From IMG/VR virus record IMGVR_UViG_3300028392_000034, positions 32,001-96,000 of that record: a DNA stretch of 64,000 nucleotides. One strand, 5' to 3'. Source of the stretch: a virus. The position numbers and the translations under genes are program-made. Positions 39,781 through 48,462 of this stretch are shown here, piece by piece (position 1 is the first letter of the stretch; each line of letters begins with the position of its first letter). The notes under the pieces were generated by a model that worked only from the letters and a program-made list of their open reading frames with translations, was not told where the DNA came from and made no database searches.

Positions 39781-39798
39781 ACTTTTGATAAGTAATTG

Positions 39799-40503
39799 AT
39801 GCTGACAATTATTGCAACCCTGGTGATGACACACATCACCATAGCCTGTGTTACCCTGTATTTGCACCGTAGTCAGGCGCATCGATCTGTGGAATTTAAC
39901 CCTGCAATAGCACATTTTATGCGCTTTTGGCTTTGGCTGACCACAGGCATGGTTACCAAACAATGGGTAGCTGTGCATCGCAAGCATCATAGGTTCACAG
40001 AACAAGAGGGAGACCCACACAGCCCACATGTGTATGGGATCGGGCGTGTGTTCTTTAAAGGAGCAGTGTTATATCATGCGGCAAGCAAAGATACGGTCAT
40101 GGTTGACACATACGGTCGTGGCACTCCTGCTGATTGGATGGAGCTTCACGTATACCAGCCTCACAGTAGACTTGGCATTGGCCTTCTCCTTGTGCTCAAT
40201 ACAGTGATATTTGGCTGGTGGGGTTTACTGGTTTGGGGTATACAAATGATTTGGATACCTTTTTGGGCCGCTGGAGTTGTAAATGGCGTAGGACATTGGA
40301 TAGGATATAGAAATGGACATACTAAAGATCATAGTCGTAATATTAGTCCTTGGGGCATTGTCATTGGTGGCGAAGAGCTTCATAACAACCACCACTTGGA
40401 CCCAGCGAGTGCCCGGCTCAGCAAGAATTGGTTTGAATTTGATATAGGTTGGTTTTACATTTGCCTATTAAAATGGTTAGGTTTAGCCAAATTACGAGCA
40501 TAA
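39799..40503 (+). CDS. Membrane delta-9-type fatty acid desaturase
   Basis: His boxes HRSQAH, HRKHH, HNNHH; GDPHSP; FEFDIGW. Confidence 0.92.
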   Translation: MLTIIATLVMTHITIACVTLYLHRSQAHRSVEFNPAIAHFMRFWLWLTTGMVTKQWVAVHRKHHRFTEQEGDPHSPHVYGIGRVFFKGAVLYHAASKDTVMVDTYGRGTPADWMELHVYQPHSRLGIGLLLVLNTVIFGWWGLLVWGIQMIWIPFWAAGVVNGVGHWIGYRNGHTKDHSRNISPWGIVIGGEELHNNHHLDPASARLSKNWFEFDIGWFYICLLKWLGLAKLRA

Positions 40504-40586
40504 AATTAGTGACCACTCACTAGTAGAAACCACTAGGAAATTGCGGCAGTGCCATGTATAATAGATAAATACAGTAGAGAAAAGAA

Positions 40587-40635
40587 GTTAGTGCCGACGG
40601 TCGGGCTAACACAAACCCTCGCTTAATTTAAGGAG
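40587..40635 (+). promoter_or_regulatory. Structured 5' leader motif (copy B)
   Basis: GTTAG-TG-CCGA-CGG-TCGG-G-CTAAC...CTCGCTTAATTTAAGGAG. Confidence 0.65.
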
Positions 40636-40642
40636 ATTTACC

Positions 40643-40867
40643 ATGTTTAATTTCAAATCCGTAGTAGACCAAGTAGCAACAGCAACTAAGACACCTTTGA
40701 TGTATGTTGAAGACAAAGCAATTCGCGCAAACCTAGAAACTCTAGTAGATGCTTATGTAGACTTTACTAAAACTGCATACGACACAGGTTTAGAGCTTTC
40801 TAAGCAAGTAGTTGAAGCTACTAAGAGTATTGACTACTCTAAGTATTTTGCTAAAGCAGGCAAGTAA
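40643..40867 (+). CDS. Small amphipathic helical protein, possibly phasin-like
   Basis: Strong RBS, own terminator, Ala/Thr/Lys helical composition. Confidence 0.45.
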   Translation: MFNFKSVVDQVATATKTPLMYVEDKAIRANLETLVDAYVDFTKTAYDTGLELSKQVVEATKSIDYSKYFAKAGK

Positions 40868-40894
40868 TAGTAACACATCCTATATAGGATTATC

Positions 40895-40918
40895 AAGCCC
40901 AGGTAACTGGGCTTTTTT
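40895..40918 (+). terminator. Rho-independent terminator
   Basis: AAGCCCAG-GTAA-CTGGGCTTTTTT. Confidence 0.85.
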
Positions 40919-40963
40919 ATTGCTTATTTTTTCACTAAATACTTGGTCTAACCGGAGAGTAAA

Positions 40964-41692
40964 ATGCGTGAGAGTTTTAACTGGAGTCAACTAGATCGCG
41001 ATAATCTTTATACCATGCTGTATACAGCCGGACGTGATATTGTTGGCAAAAAAATGCCAGTGAATGTCCTACAAAAACACATAAGCTCATACATCAAATC
41101 TAACTTGCCGGTGCGGGTAGTTCGTATTAAAAACAACAAGAAACAAAAGCCCAATACTGTCTATATGGGTGGCGCCTACTATAGTGATCTAGACCGGCAT
41201 CAGCGCAGTCGATTTATAGAAATAGTATTGAGTTATCATCCTGATACTAAGGCAATTCGAATAACCGACTATCGTTGGACCAGACTTTGCACACTATTTG
41301 CTGATACTATCTTGCATGAAGTTATACACATGAGACAGTATCGCAGTAGAAATTTTAAAGATATTCCTGGCTACGAAAGCACAGCATACTATCACAAACA
41401 ACGCATAACGCAACAATACTACGGCAACAGAGATGAAATGGGTGCATTTAGTTTTAATATAGCCTGCGACATGATAGATCGTTTTGGCAACAATACACAA
41501 GAAATAAAAAAATATTTAAATAGTATGCGAGCCAAGCGCCATAAGCATTCAAGCTGGTATGAATTTTTATCTGCATTTGATTGGGATTTAGATCATGCCA
41601 AAGTGCGTCAGATGCAACAGAAGATTTTTAAACAATTGGAATACGCCGCAATAGGCCGGCCGTTTAAGACTACTACACATTTAACCTATTAG
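40964..41692 (+). CDS. Putative zincin metallopeptidase
   Basis: ILHEVIHMRQY (HExxH) with downstream DEMGA. Confidence 0.55.
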   Translation: MRESFNWSQLDRDNLYTMLYTAGRDIVGKKMPVNVLQKHISSYIKSNLPVRVVRIKNNKKQKPNTVYMGGAYYSDLDRHQRSRFIEIVLSYHPDTKAIRITDYRWTRLCTLFADTILHEVIHMRQYRSRNFKDIPGYESTAYYHKQRITQQYYGNRDEMGAFSFNIACDMIDRFGNNTQEIKKYLNSMRAKRHKHSSWYEFLSAFDWDLDHAKVRQMQQKIFKQLEYAAIGRPFKTTTHLTY

Positions 41693-41722
41693 CATAAATA
41701 AAAGTAATCAGTAGGAGATATC

Positions 41723-42265
41723 ATGAGCACAGAATTATTTAGAAACTACATTGACCTTATCAATGAGAACAGTCAACCCAGGGTTCAACTGGATGAAGGC
41801 ATGATGGACACAATCAAGTCTGTAATACCCAAAGTGATGAAACTTTTGGGCGGTGATACTGCTCAACAAATTGCACAGCAAGTGAAACAAGTTACTGGTG
41901 GTGATTTTACACCCAGTAAAGAAAATGCTATCAAAGTGGCACAAGCACTTGGTTTCGACAAAATTGCACCAAAAAAGGCAGTGGCCGAACAAAAACTTGA
42001 TGAAGTTACTTGGGGCTTAGCAGGAGATTGGAAAGGTAAATTGATTCAACTTATATATACCTTGGGTTTAGCAGGCACAGCCGTTGGAGGATATCTAGGA
42101 GCACAACCGGGTGTGGCTGGCACAGATATAGGTGTAGCATCTGGTATTCTTATTCCAATCGGAATATTACTATTAATGTTTGCTGATACATTTTTTGGAA
42201 GAGGAACAGGGCAAGTCGGAGCAATGGGCCATCCAAAAGAAAAACACGATAACACAATGGGTTAA
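41723..42265 (+). CDS. Hypothetical protein with xxE protease-type sites and two C-terminal TM helices
   Basis: LINE, QLDE, AVAE, KLDE; late box and AGGAG RBS. Confidence 0.55.
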   Translation: MSTELFRNYIDLINENSQPRVQLDEGMMDTIKSVIPKVMKLLGGDTAQQIAQQVKQVTGGDFTPSKENAIKVAQALGFDKIAPKKAVAEQKLDEVTWGLAGDWKGKLIQLIYTLGLAGTAVGGYLGAQPGVAGTDIGVASGILIPIGILLLMFADTFFGRGTGQVGAMGHPKEKHDNTMG

Positions 42266-42283
42266 CCATTATTTGATTCACAC

Positions 42284-42308
42284 AAAAGGCTCTTCGGAGC
42301 CTTTTTTT
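42284..42308. terminator. Bidirectional terminator with cUUCGg loop
   Basis: AAAAGGCTC-TTCG-GAGCCTTTTTTT between convergent genes. Confidence 0.85.
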
Positions 42309-42324
42309 GTGTCAGCGTAAAATG

Positions 42325-43887
42325 TTAACGCTGGCGTTTACGTCCTAGTGCTTTTTCGGTGCCTAACTTCTCATCCGCAGCGGCTTTGATCCTACTACGC
42401 TGACTGCCAACTTGATCTAGATCTTTGGTGGACGCTTTGACGTTGGGTTGATCAGCCACGTCATTGGCCATCGGATCCAATAAGTCTGATTCTTTGGCAC
42501 CGTTCTTTAAGATCTTAAATGTAAAGTTGCCTTTGCCCTGTGTGCTCATGTAGGCCTTCGAAGCATCTAACAGCACACCGCTAACAGTGTCACTGGGATA
42601 CACAGCACGGAAGCTGGTGATTGAAATAGTGTCAGCTGTTTCTGTTGCTTCGGTATACATCTGCACCAGAGCCGAGTTGTTTAAAATCTCTGACGCAGCT
42701 TGTCCAAAATTGGTGTGCTCGTTGATGTAATCGGCTGTGTTATACGCCATCACACTGAGCATGTGCTCTATTGGAATAATCTTGGACCAATCTCTAGGAG
42801 TTCGACTTTGATACAATGTGTTTAACTTTTCATTCTTAAACTTGATTGGGTCGTTGGGACCACGTCCTTTTAATGCCCGTATTTCATTGGCCTCATCCGG
42901 GGTGATCAGTTTGTAGTCCACAGCCAAATCTAACGGAGCATTGGTGTGACCACGGTTATTAATGACGTTGAGAATCTCAACCACATCCTTGTGCTTTTCT
43001 AATAATTTTTTACCTTTGGGAGCCACTGACAATTCCTGAATACTTTTTAACAAGTTGACCACTGATGCATTGGCACCACTTTTACCTTTGCTACTTAATT
43101 TAATTTGTTTGCCGCCGGGACTCACAAGTAAACTGTCATACAATCCACCAGTTACGCTGTTGTTAAAACTGATAGTGGCATCACCGTATCCGCCTGCGGT
43201 AGGACCAAAGAATATAGTGGCTGCTTCTTGTGCATTGCCCTTGACTGGCTTGTTCATAACTAGCGCAACAGGTTGTAGCATTTCGCAAAAATAATCACGG
43301 AAGGCCGTGAAGTTGATCGAACCTTTGGGGAATGTAACAGGAAACTTGGTGGCCTGCATGAATGTAGCGGCTGCAACCACTTCATCACTGCCTTTGCCAA
43401 ACTTGGCCACAATTTGATTCATTATGGTTTCAGGAGTATTGTCCTGAAATTGTGTTAATACTTCACTGGGCTTGTAACCAGTATTTTCTTTGGCTCCGGC
43501 TTTGGATGCAAATTTAAATCCACCCGGAATGTCACTGTGAGCAAAGTTGTTTAAGGCACGATTTGGATTGATTTCTTTTACCCATTTTCCTAAATAATAA
43601 GGCTGGCCGTCTTCGCCTGTAAACGACGCAATCATAAATGCACGGGTCGATCCATTGGCCTGATTGACCCAATGCACATTAAGACCCGGCTTGTCCACAT
43701 TATCGACTTTGAGGCCAACCAACTCGCTGGCTGTGTCGACAGCACCAGATTCTGGATAAAAATCCACGCCCTGAAATGTAATAACATCACCTTCGGGGTT
43801 TTTAAACTGTTCGCCCGGGCGCCGATTGGTAAGCCCTACGCCTTCAGTTACAACAACGGTATCGAGTAAATTTAGAATATCACGCAT
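42325..43887 (-). CDS. Large hypothetical phage protein
   Basis: MRDILNLLD...TEG N-terminus; possible D...(S/E)xK nuclease-like motif YDSLL...KLSSKG. Confidence 0.55.
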   Translation of the reverse strand: MRDILNLLDTVVVTEGVGLTNRRPGEQFKNPEGDVITFQGVDFYPESGAVDTASELVGLKVDNVDKPGLNVHWVNQANGSTRAFMIASFTGEDGQPYYLGKWVKEINPNRALNNFAHSDIPGGFKFASKAGAKENTGYKPSEVLTQFQDNTPETIMNQIVAKFGKGSDEVVAAATFMQATKFPVTFPKGSINFTAFRDYFCEMLQPVALVMNKPVKGNAQEAATIFFGPTAGGYGDATISFNNSVTGGLYDSLLVSPGGKQIKLSSKGKSGANASVVNLLKSIQELSVAPKGKKLLEKHKDVVEILNVINNRGHTNAPLDLAVDYKLITPDEANEIRALKGRGPNDPIKFKNEKLNTLYQSRTPRDWSKIIPIEHMLSVMAYNTADYINEHTNFGQAASEILNNSALVQMYTEATETADTISITSFRAVYPSDTVSGVLLDASKAYMSTQGKGNFTFKILKNGAKESDLLDPMANDVADQPNVKASTKDLDQVGSQRSRIKAAADEKLGTEKALGRKRQR

Positions 43888-43942
43888 TTGCTTTTCTTTA
43901 AAAAATTTGTTATAATTACTTATCATTTATCTGGAGACCTTG

Positions 43943-44536
43943 ATGTCAAATTTAGTGCCAATTGTAGTAGAAAAAACCGCCAATGGAGAACGCAGTTACG
44001 ATATATACAGTAGACTCCTGCGTGATAGAATTGTCATGCTGGACACAGATGTTAACGAACACACAGCCAGTTTGGTTGTGGCTCAGATGCTGTTTTTAGA
44101 AAGCGAAGATCCGGACCGGGACATCCTATTTTACATCAACAGTCCAGGCGGTGTAGTCACAGCAGGCATGGCGATTTACGATACCATGCAGTTTATCAAA
44201 CCCGATGTCAGCACAGTTGTCATGGGTCAGGCTTGTAGTATGGGCAGCCTATTGGCACAAGCTGGTGCTGCAGGCAAACGATTAATTTTGCCCAATGCAC
44301 GTCATATGATTCACCAACCATCTGGGGGTGCCAGAGGACAAGCAACAGACATGCTGATTCAAGTTGAAGAGATTCTAGCTATGAAGAAAAATCTAACTGA
44401 GATCTATGTTCGACACAACACAGCCGGCAAAACTTTTGAAGAGCTAACTACAGATATGGAACGAGATAACTTTATGAGTGCCGAACAAGCAGTGGCCTAT
44501 GGTCTTGCAGACAAGATAGTTACCAAGAGAGATTAA
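43943..44536 (+). CDS. clpP: ATP-dependent Clp protease proteolytic subunit ClpP
   Basis: [24 protein letters not shown] (Ser), MIHQP (His), ERD (Asp). Confidence 0.96.
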   Translation: MSNLVPIVVEKTANGERSYDIYSRLLRDRIVMLDTDVNEHTASLVVAQMLFLESEDPDRDILFYINSPGGVVTAGMAIYDTMQFIKPDVSTVVMGQACSMGSLLAQAGAAGKRLILPNARHMIHQPSGGARGQATDMLIQVEEILAMKKNLTEIYVRHNTAGKTFEELTTDMERDNFMSAEQAVAYGLADKIVTKRD

Positions 44537-45780
44537 TGGCCTTATCTGATACTTTTTGTTCAGCTCCGTGGTTCCAAACTAGAATTGATTGGGATGGTCA
44601 TTACAGACCCTGTTGCGGACTAACAGAAAACGCTAGCGAGTTTGAAGGTCGAACCCAATACTCAATAAAAGACACCACCGTGGATGAATGGATGTCTAGC
44701 GAGTATTCACAGTATCTAAGAAAAAATTTAACAGAAGGTATACAGCTAAAAGAATGCAATAATTGTTGGCAAAAAGAAAAACACAATGTCAAAAGTTTTA
44801 GACATGATGCTAACAATATTGTTACTAAAAATCAAAATAGCAATCTTGACAATACCTGGGTCAAACTTTTTGTAGACAAAAATCAAAATTATCAAAATTA
44901 TCAGATAGTATCAGCTGATGTCAAATTGTCAAATGTTTGCAATTTTAGCTGTGCTATGTGTTCGCCATTTAACAGTTCAAAAGTGTATGACAAATGGCAA
45001 TCTAATTTAGATAATAAATTTGTGCAAGAACGTTTACTACAGCAACCAACGTTTTTAAAAGATATTGCATCGACTTATCAAAGTAAACGGGGATATCAAC
45101 ATCTTAAAGATATATTAAAACATCCGTTGAGATATCTTAAAGTGCTTGGCGGCGAACCAACATTAGATAAAGACTTATTTCGTGTAGTAGATCAAGTACC
45201 AATTGACAAGAAATCAAAAATACATATAGAGCTAGTTACCAATGGCAGTCAAGATCTAATAGAAATTTCTAACCGATTACAAGATTACGGATCAGTAAGT
45301 TACACAATCAGCCTTGAAGGCGTTGGAGACATACAAGATTATGTGCGTAAAGGAAGCCACTGGCCTACCATTGAAAAAAATATATTGGCCGCAAAACAGA
45401 ATGGCATACACGTCAATGTTAATTATACTATACAGGCCATGTCGGTGTTAAATTTACATGAATTATTAAAATGGTGTTCCAATAATCAAATACCGATATC
45501 GTTTGGTGTATTAGATTATCCAGGTCATCTTGCTGTGTCAGTATTGCCCAAAAAAATTCGAAACAGTATTGTTGATAATTTACGCAAAAGTTCAGGTGTT
45601 GACGTTATAAATTCTCCAGACAGTACCGATCTATTGTCAATTGATAAGATAATTGAGTTAATTGACACTATCCCGGATCAGTCTGAACTTTACCCAAAAT
45701 TTCTTGAATATGTGGCATGGTTTGATCAGGACTCGATTCAACCGCTACGTGATATACAACCTTTGCTATATTATGTTTAA
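44536..45780 (+). CDS. Radical SAM protein with an N-terminal SPASM/Twitch-like Cys domain
   Basis: FCSAPW...PCC...CNNCW; CNFSCAMC; GGEP; TNG. Confidence 0.85.
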   Translation: MALSDTFCSAPWFQTRIDWDGHYRPCCGLTENASEFEGRTQYSIKDTTVDEWMSSEYSQYLRKNLTEGIQLKECNNCWQKEKHNVKSFRHDANNIVTKNQNSNLDNTWVKLFVDKNQNYQNYQIVSADVKLSNVCNFSCAMCSPFNSSKVYDKWQSNLDNKFVQERLLQQPTFLKDIASTYQSKRGYQHLKDILKHPLRYLKVLGGEPTLDKDLFRVVDQVPIDKKSKIHIELVTNGSQDLIEISNRLQDYGSVSYTISLEGVGDIQDYVRKGSHWPTIEKNILAAKQNGIHVNVNYTIQAMSVLNLHELLKWCSNNQIPISFGVLDYPGHLAVSVLPKKIRNSIVDNLRKSSGVDVINSPDSTDLLSIDKIIELIDTIPDQSELYPKFLEYVAWFDQDSIQPLRDIQPLLYYV

Positions 45781-45813
45781 GTAATAAAAGTGTAATGCTA
45801 TATCCGCTAAATA

Positions 45814-45883
45814 AAAGACCGGGCACAAGATAAGGTGTCGTGGGAATCCGTAATCCACGCTAAAGGACCTACCGGTCCTTTTT
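45814..45883 (+). ncRNA. Candidate structured small RNA or riboswitch-like element ending in a terminator
   Basis: TAAATA box at 45808. Hairpins GGCAC/GTGTC and GTGG/CCAC. GACCGG can pair with CCGGTC in competition with the terminator AAAGGACC-TACC-GGTCCTTTTT. Confidence 0.45.
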
Positions 45884-46885
45884 CTTTGGCGTCACTGGCA
45901 CCAGGTTGTCGCGGAATATCGCCCAGGCACGTTCCCAACTCCAGCGAGCACTACCCGCCCATACCTGTTGTCGATTCAAAAACAAACAATCAGTTACGGC
46001 CTGCCGCAGGTCTGTGTTCATACAGCCGGTAACACCTTCGTCAATGACATCTTCTGGCCCCTGAACAGGATAGGCTGCCACCGGTGTACCACAAGCCATA
46101 GATTCGATCATCACAATGCCAAATGTTTCCCACTGGCTAGGAAATACAAACACTTCAGCATTGGCATAGTAGCGAGCCAATTCTACTCCTGTTTTAAATC
46201 CTGTGAAATGCACATCTGGATATTGCTTACGATAGGTTTCTAGCATGGGTCCATCACCTACCATGATTTTCAAGAAACCCGGATAGTCCATTTCGAGAAA
46301 CTTTTCAAGATTTTTTTCTTTGCTGACACGACTTACGCACAAGATATATCGACTGATAGTTTTTTTTCTATGAGTAGGATTAAACGTTTCACGGTCAACA
46401 CCGCGTGTCCAACTCACAATCTCGCCTTTAAACCCGTGTGATCTTAATTCTTGCACCATTGAATCCGTTGTGGTCAATACTTTGCCTGAGTGTTTGTGGA
46501 ACCAGCGCACCATGGGCCAAGTCACTAGTTCGGGAATGCCAAACAGCTTTTTTAGCCCTTCAGGAAACTTAGTATGATAAGCGGTGTTGTACCTATAACC
46601 ACATATTGAAAGATACTTTCTAGCCCACAAACCAAGAGGACCTTCTGTGGCGATGTGGATATGATCCGGGTCAATTTCTTCAATCTTCTTGCCCATCGCC
46701 CGCGGAATGGCAAGTTTGACTTGGTCGTAGCCAGGACAATCAACATAGCGGAACCGCCCGGGATCAATATAATCAACCCGATAACCATCCAGTACCGCAC
46801 AAGCCTCAATGTTCTTGTAAGTGGTGACCACGCCATTAATCTGATCCGGTAAGTTGTCTGTTATTATCAATATCTTCTTTGTCAT
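45869..46885 (-). CDS. GT4 glycosyltransferase, Agt-like (candidate diacylglycerol glycosyltransferase)
   Basis: ITD...QINGVVTT, HIATEGPLG, YHTKFPE, RGVD, RVSKEKN, FPSQWETFGIVMIESMACGTPV. Confidence 0.8.
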   Translation of the reverse strand: MTKKILIITDNLPDQINGVVTTYKNIEACAVLDGYRVDYIDPGRFRYVDCPGYDQVKLAIPRAMGKKIEEIDPDHIHIATEGPLGLWARKYLSICGYRYNTAYHTKFPEGLKKLFGIPELVTWPMVRWFHKHSGKVLTTTDSMVQELRSHGFKGEIVSWTRGVDRETFNPTHRKKTISRYILCVSRVSKEKNLEKFLEMDYPGFLKIMVGDGPMLETYRKQYPDVHFTGFKTGVELARYYANAEVFVFPSQWETFGIVMIESMACGTPVAAYPVQGPEDVIDEGVTGCMNTDLRQAVTDCLFLNRQQVWAGSARWSWERAWAIFRDNLVPVTPKKKDR

Positions 46886-47630
46886 TTTTTTGTGTCCATG
46901 TTACAATCTCCCATGTGCCATCGTGATGTTCTACCAGTGCTGTGCATGATTCAACCCAGTCGCCATCATTCATGTAAGTGACGCCATCTATTTCTTTTAT
47001 TTCTGCGTGGTGTATGTGACCGCAGACCACGCCATCAAATCCTCTTTTCTTACAGTAGGTTGCGAGGTTCCGTTCAAAGTGGAAAATAAAGTCCACTGCC
47101 TTTTTGACCCTATGCTTGAGATACAGGCTAAGACTCCAGTAACCAAAACCCATACGATGGCGGATCCAATTAAATTTGCTATTAAGTCCCAGGATAAAGT
47201 CATATGCTCGGTCTCCTAAAAAGTTCAACCACGGTGCCAATCTTGTGATGCCATCAAACATGTCGCCATGAACCACAAGGTAGTGCCGCCCGTCGGCACC
47301 TATGTGTTCGGTTTGATTTACAATTTCTATCAGTCCAAACGAAAATCCGTAGGGTATCATCGGACGCAAGAATTCGTCATGATTTCCAGATATGTATACG
47401 ACCCTAGTGCCACGTTTAGCGTGACCAAGAATGCGACGAACAACGTTGGTGTGGCTTTGTTTCCATCTCCACCGGTTTTGTTGGATCTTCCAAGCGTCAA
47501 TGATATCTCCCACAAGATACAGGGTATCACAGGTGTTGTGTTTGAGGAAGTTGTTTAGTTCTTCTGCTTTGCAGTCCCTCGTCCCGAGGTGGATGTCTGA
47601 CACAAATATACTGCGATACGTTTTTTGCAT
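46836..47630 (-). CDS. LpxH-family metallophosphoesterase, PlcP-like phospholipase C
   Basis: SDIHLG, GDIIDAW, GNHDE, HGDMFD, GHIHH, NDGDWVES; directly upstream of the Agt-like GT. Confidence 0.75.
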   Translation of the reverse strand: MQKTYRSIFVSDIHLGTRDCKAEELNNFLKHNTCDTLYLVGDIIDAWKIQQNRWRWKQSHTNVVRRILGHAKRGTRVVYISGNHDEFLRPMIPYGFSFGLIEIVNQTEHIGADGRHYLVVHGDMFDGITRLAPWLNFLGDRAYDFILGLNSKFNWIRHRMGFGYWSLSLYLKHRVKKAVDFIFHFERNLATYCKKRGFDGVVCGHIHHAEIKEIDGVTYMNDGDWVESCTALVEHHDGTWEIVTWTQKNDKEDIDNNRQLTGSD

Positions 47631-47655
47631 CTAGTATTTAGGCAGAAATGTGTTA

Positions 47656-48303
47656 CTATTTTGTTACAAACAATTGATCTACAAATTCTAATAGCAGTTG
47701 ATGATGTTGACGATGGTGCCAGTGTGGTCGCATCCACGAATAACCTGTGTACCAAAACTGTTCGCTTTCGGGATGACATCCTATTAGCCCAATCTTGTTT
47801 TGATATATGGCCATTGCATCACCATTGGCATAGGTGGCTACTGTTTCAAATCGATCAGGATCGCCCACTAAGGCACAGCCATCATACCAAAACATTGACA
47901 TGGGTGTTCCTTGCCAAGTTATGGCAATATTTTTGGCATGTGGTCTACGAGTATCGGTTCCAGGTCTAGCAAGATATTGAACAGCATCTACTGAATCTAG
48001 TATATCAAAGTAATTGCTACCGGCCCAGTAGGCACCCATACAGATGCCTAGATAGCGTCCGCCCTGCTGAACAAATTCAGTTACCCTGCGTTGGTTGGCT
48101 TTTAGTAAGGTAGCAAAACTGTCAGCATCACCTATACCACCCGGAAACGCAACCATGCTTACGTCGTCAAAAAACGAGTCTTCAACTGAGTTCTTGCTGA
48201 ACAGTTTAAAACGATAATAATCGCCCAGGGCTTGCATTACGCCATTGCCCGATTGAACCGAACATTTTGGATCTTGAATGAATAATGCTATTGTGGGCTT
48301 CAT
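47656..48303 (-). CDS. BPL_N / class I glutamine amidotransferase-like protein
   Basis: FPGG, GGRYLGICMGAY, CHPE. Confidence 0.75.
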   Translation of the reverse strand: MKPTIALFIQDPKCSVQSGNGVMQALGDYYRFKLFSKNSVEDSFFDDVSMVAFPGGIGDADSFATLLKANQRRVTEFVQQGGRYLGICMGAYWAGSNYFDILDSVDAVQYLARPGTDTRRPHAKNIAITWQGTPMSMFWYDGCALVGDPDRFETVATYANGDAMAIYQNKIGLIGCHPESEQFWYTGYSWMRPHWHHRQHHQLLLEFVDQLFVTK

Positions 48304-48330
48304 GTTGGTGTATTTATAGCCCTGTTAACC

Positions 48331-48369
48331 TGTTGTTTTTAAACAACAAAATGTGGCTAAAAAACAACA
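48331..48369. promoter_or_regulatory. Tandem pair of 18-bp palindromes TGTKG-N8-CAACA
   Basis: TGTTGTTTTTAAACAACA (48331-48348) and TGTGGCTAAAAAACAACA (48352-48369). Confidence 0.5.
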
Positions 48370-48401
48370 GTTTTTGCCTGTATAAATTGGGCCCAAATAA
48401 C

Positions 48402-48456
48402 GGTTGACCCAAAATGGCCCATTTGCTAAAATACTTGTATAGTAATTAAAAAGGAG
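48402..48456 (+). promoter_or_regulatory. Repeated early promoter-RBS unit (copy 3)
   Basis: TTGACC-N17-TAAAAT-ACTTGTATAGTAATTAAAAAGGAG. Confidence 0.8.
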
Positions 48457-48462
48457 TCCGGG

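Noticed and set aside
45840-45860. GAATCC resembling a tRNA T-arm
   Set aside because: It lacks the GTTC half of the T-loop and has no D or anticodon arms in the right arrangement.
46836-47630. Annotation as lipid A enzyme LpxH
   Set aside because: It has GNHD rather than the GNRD typical of LpxH and is linked to an Agt-like GT, which favours PlcP. This is not proven without a phylogeny.
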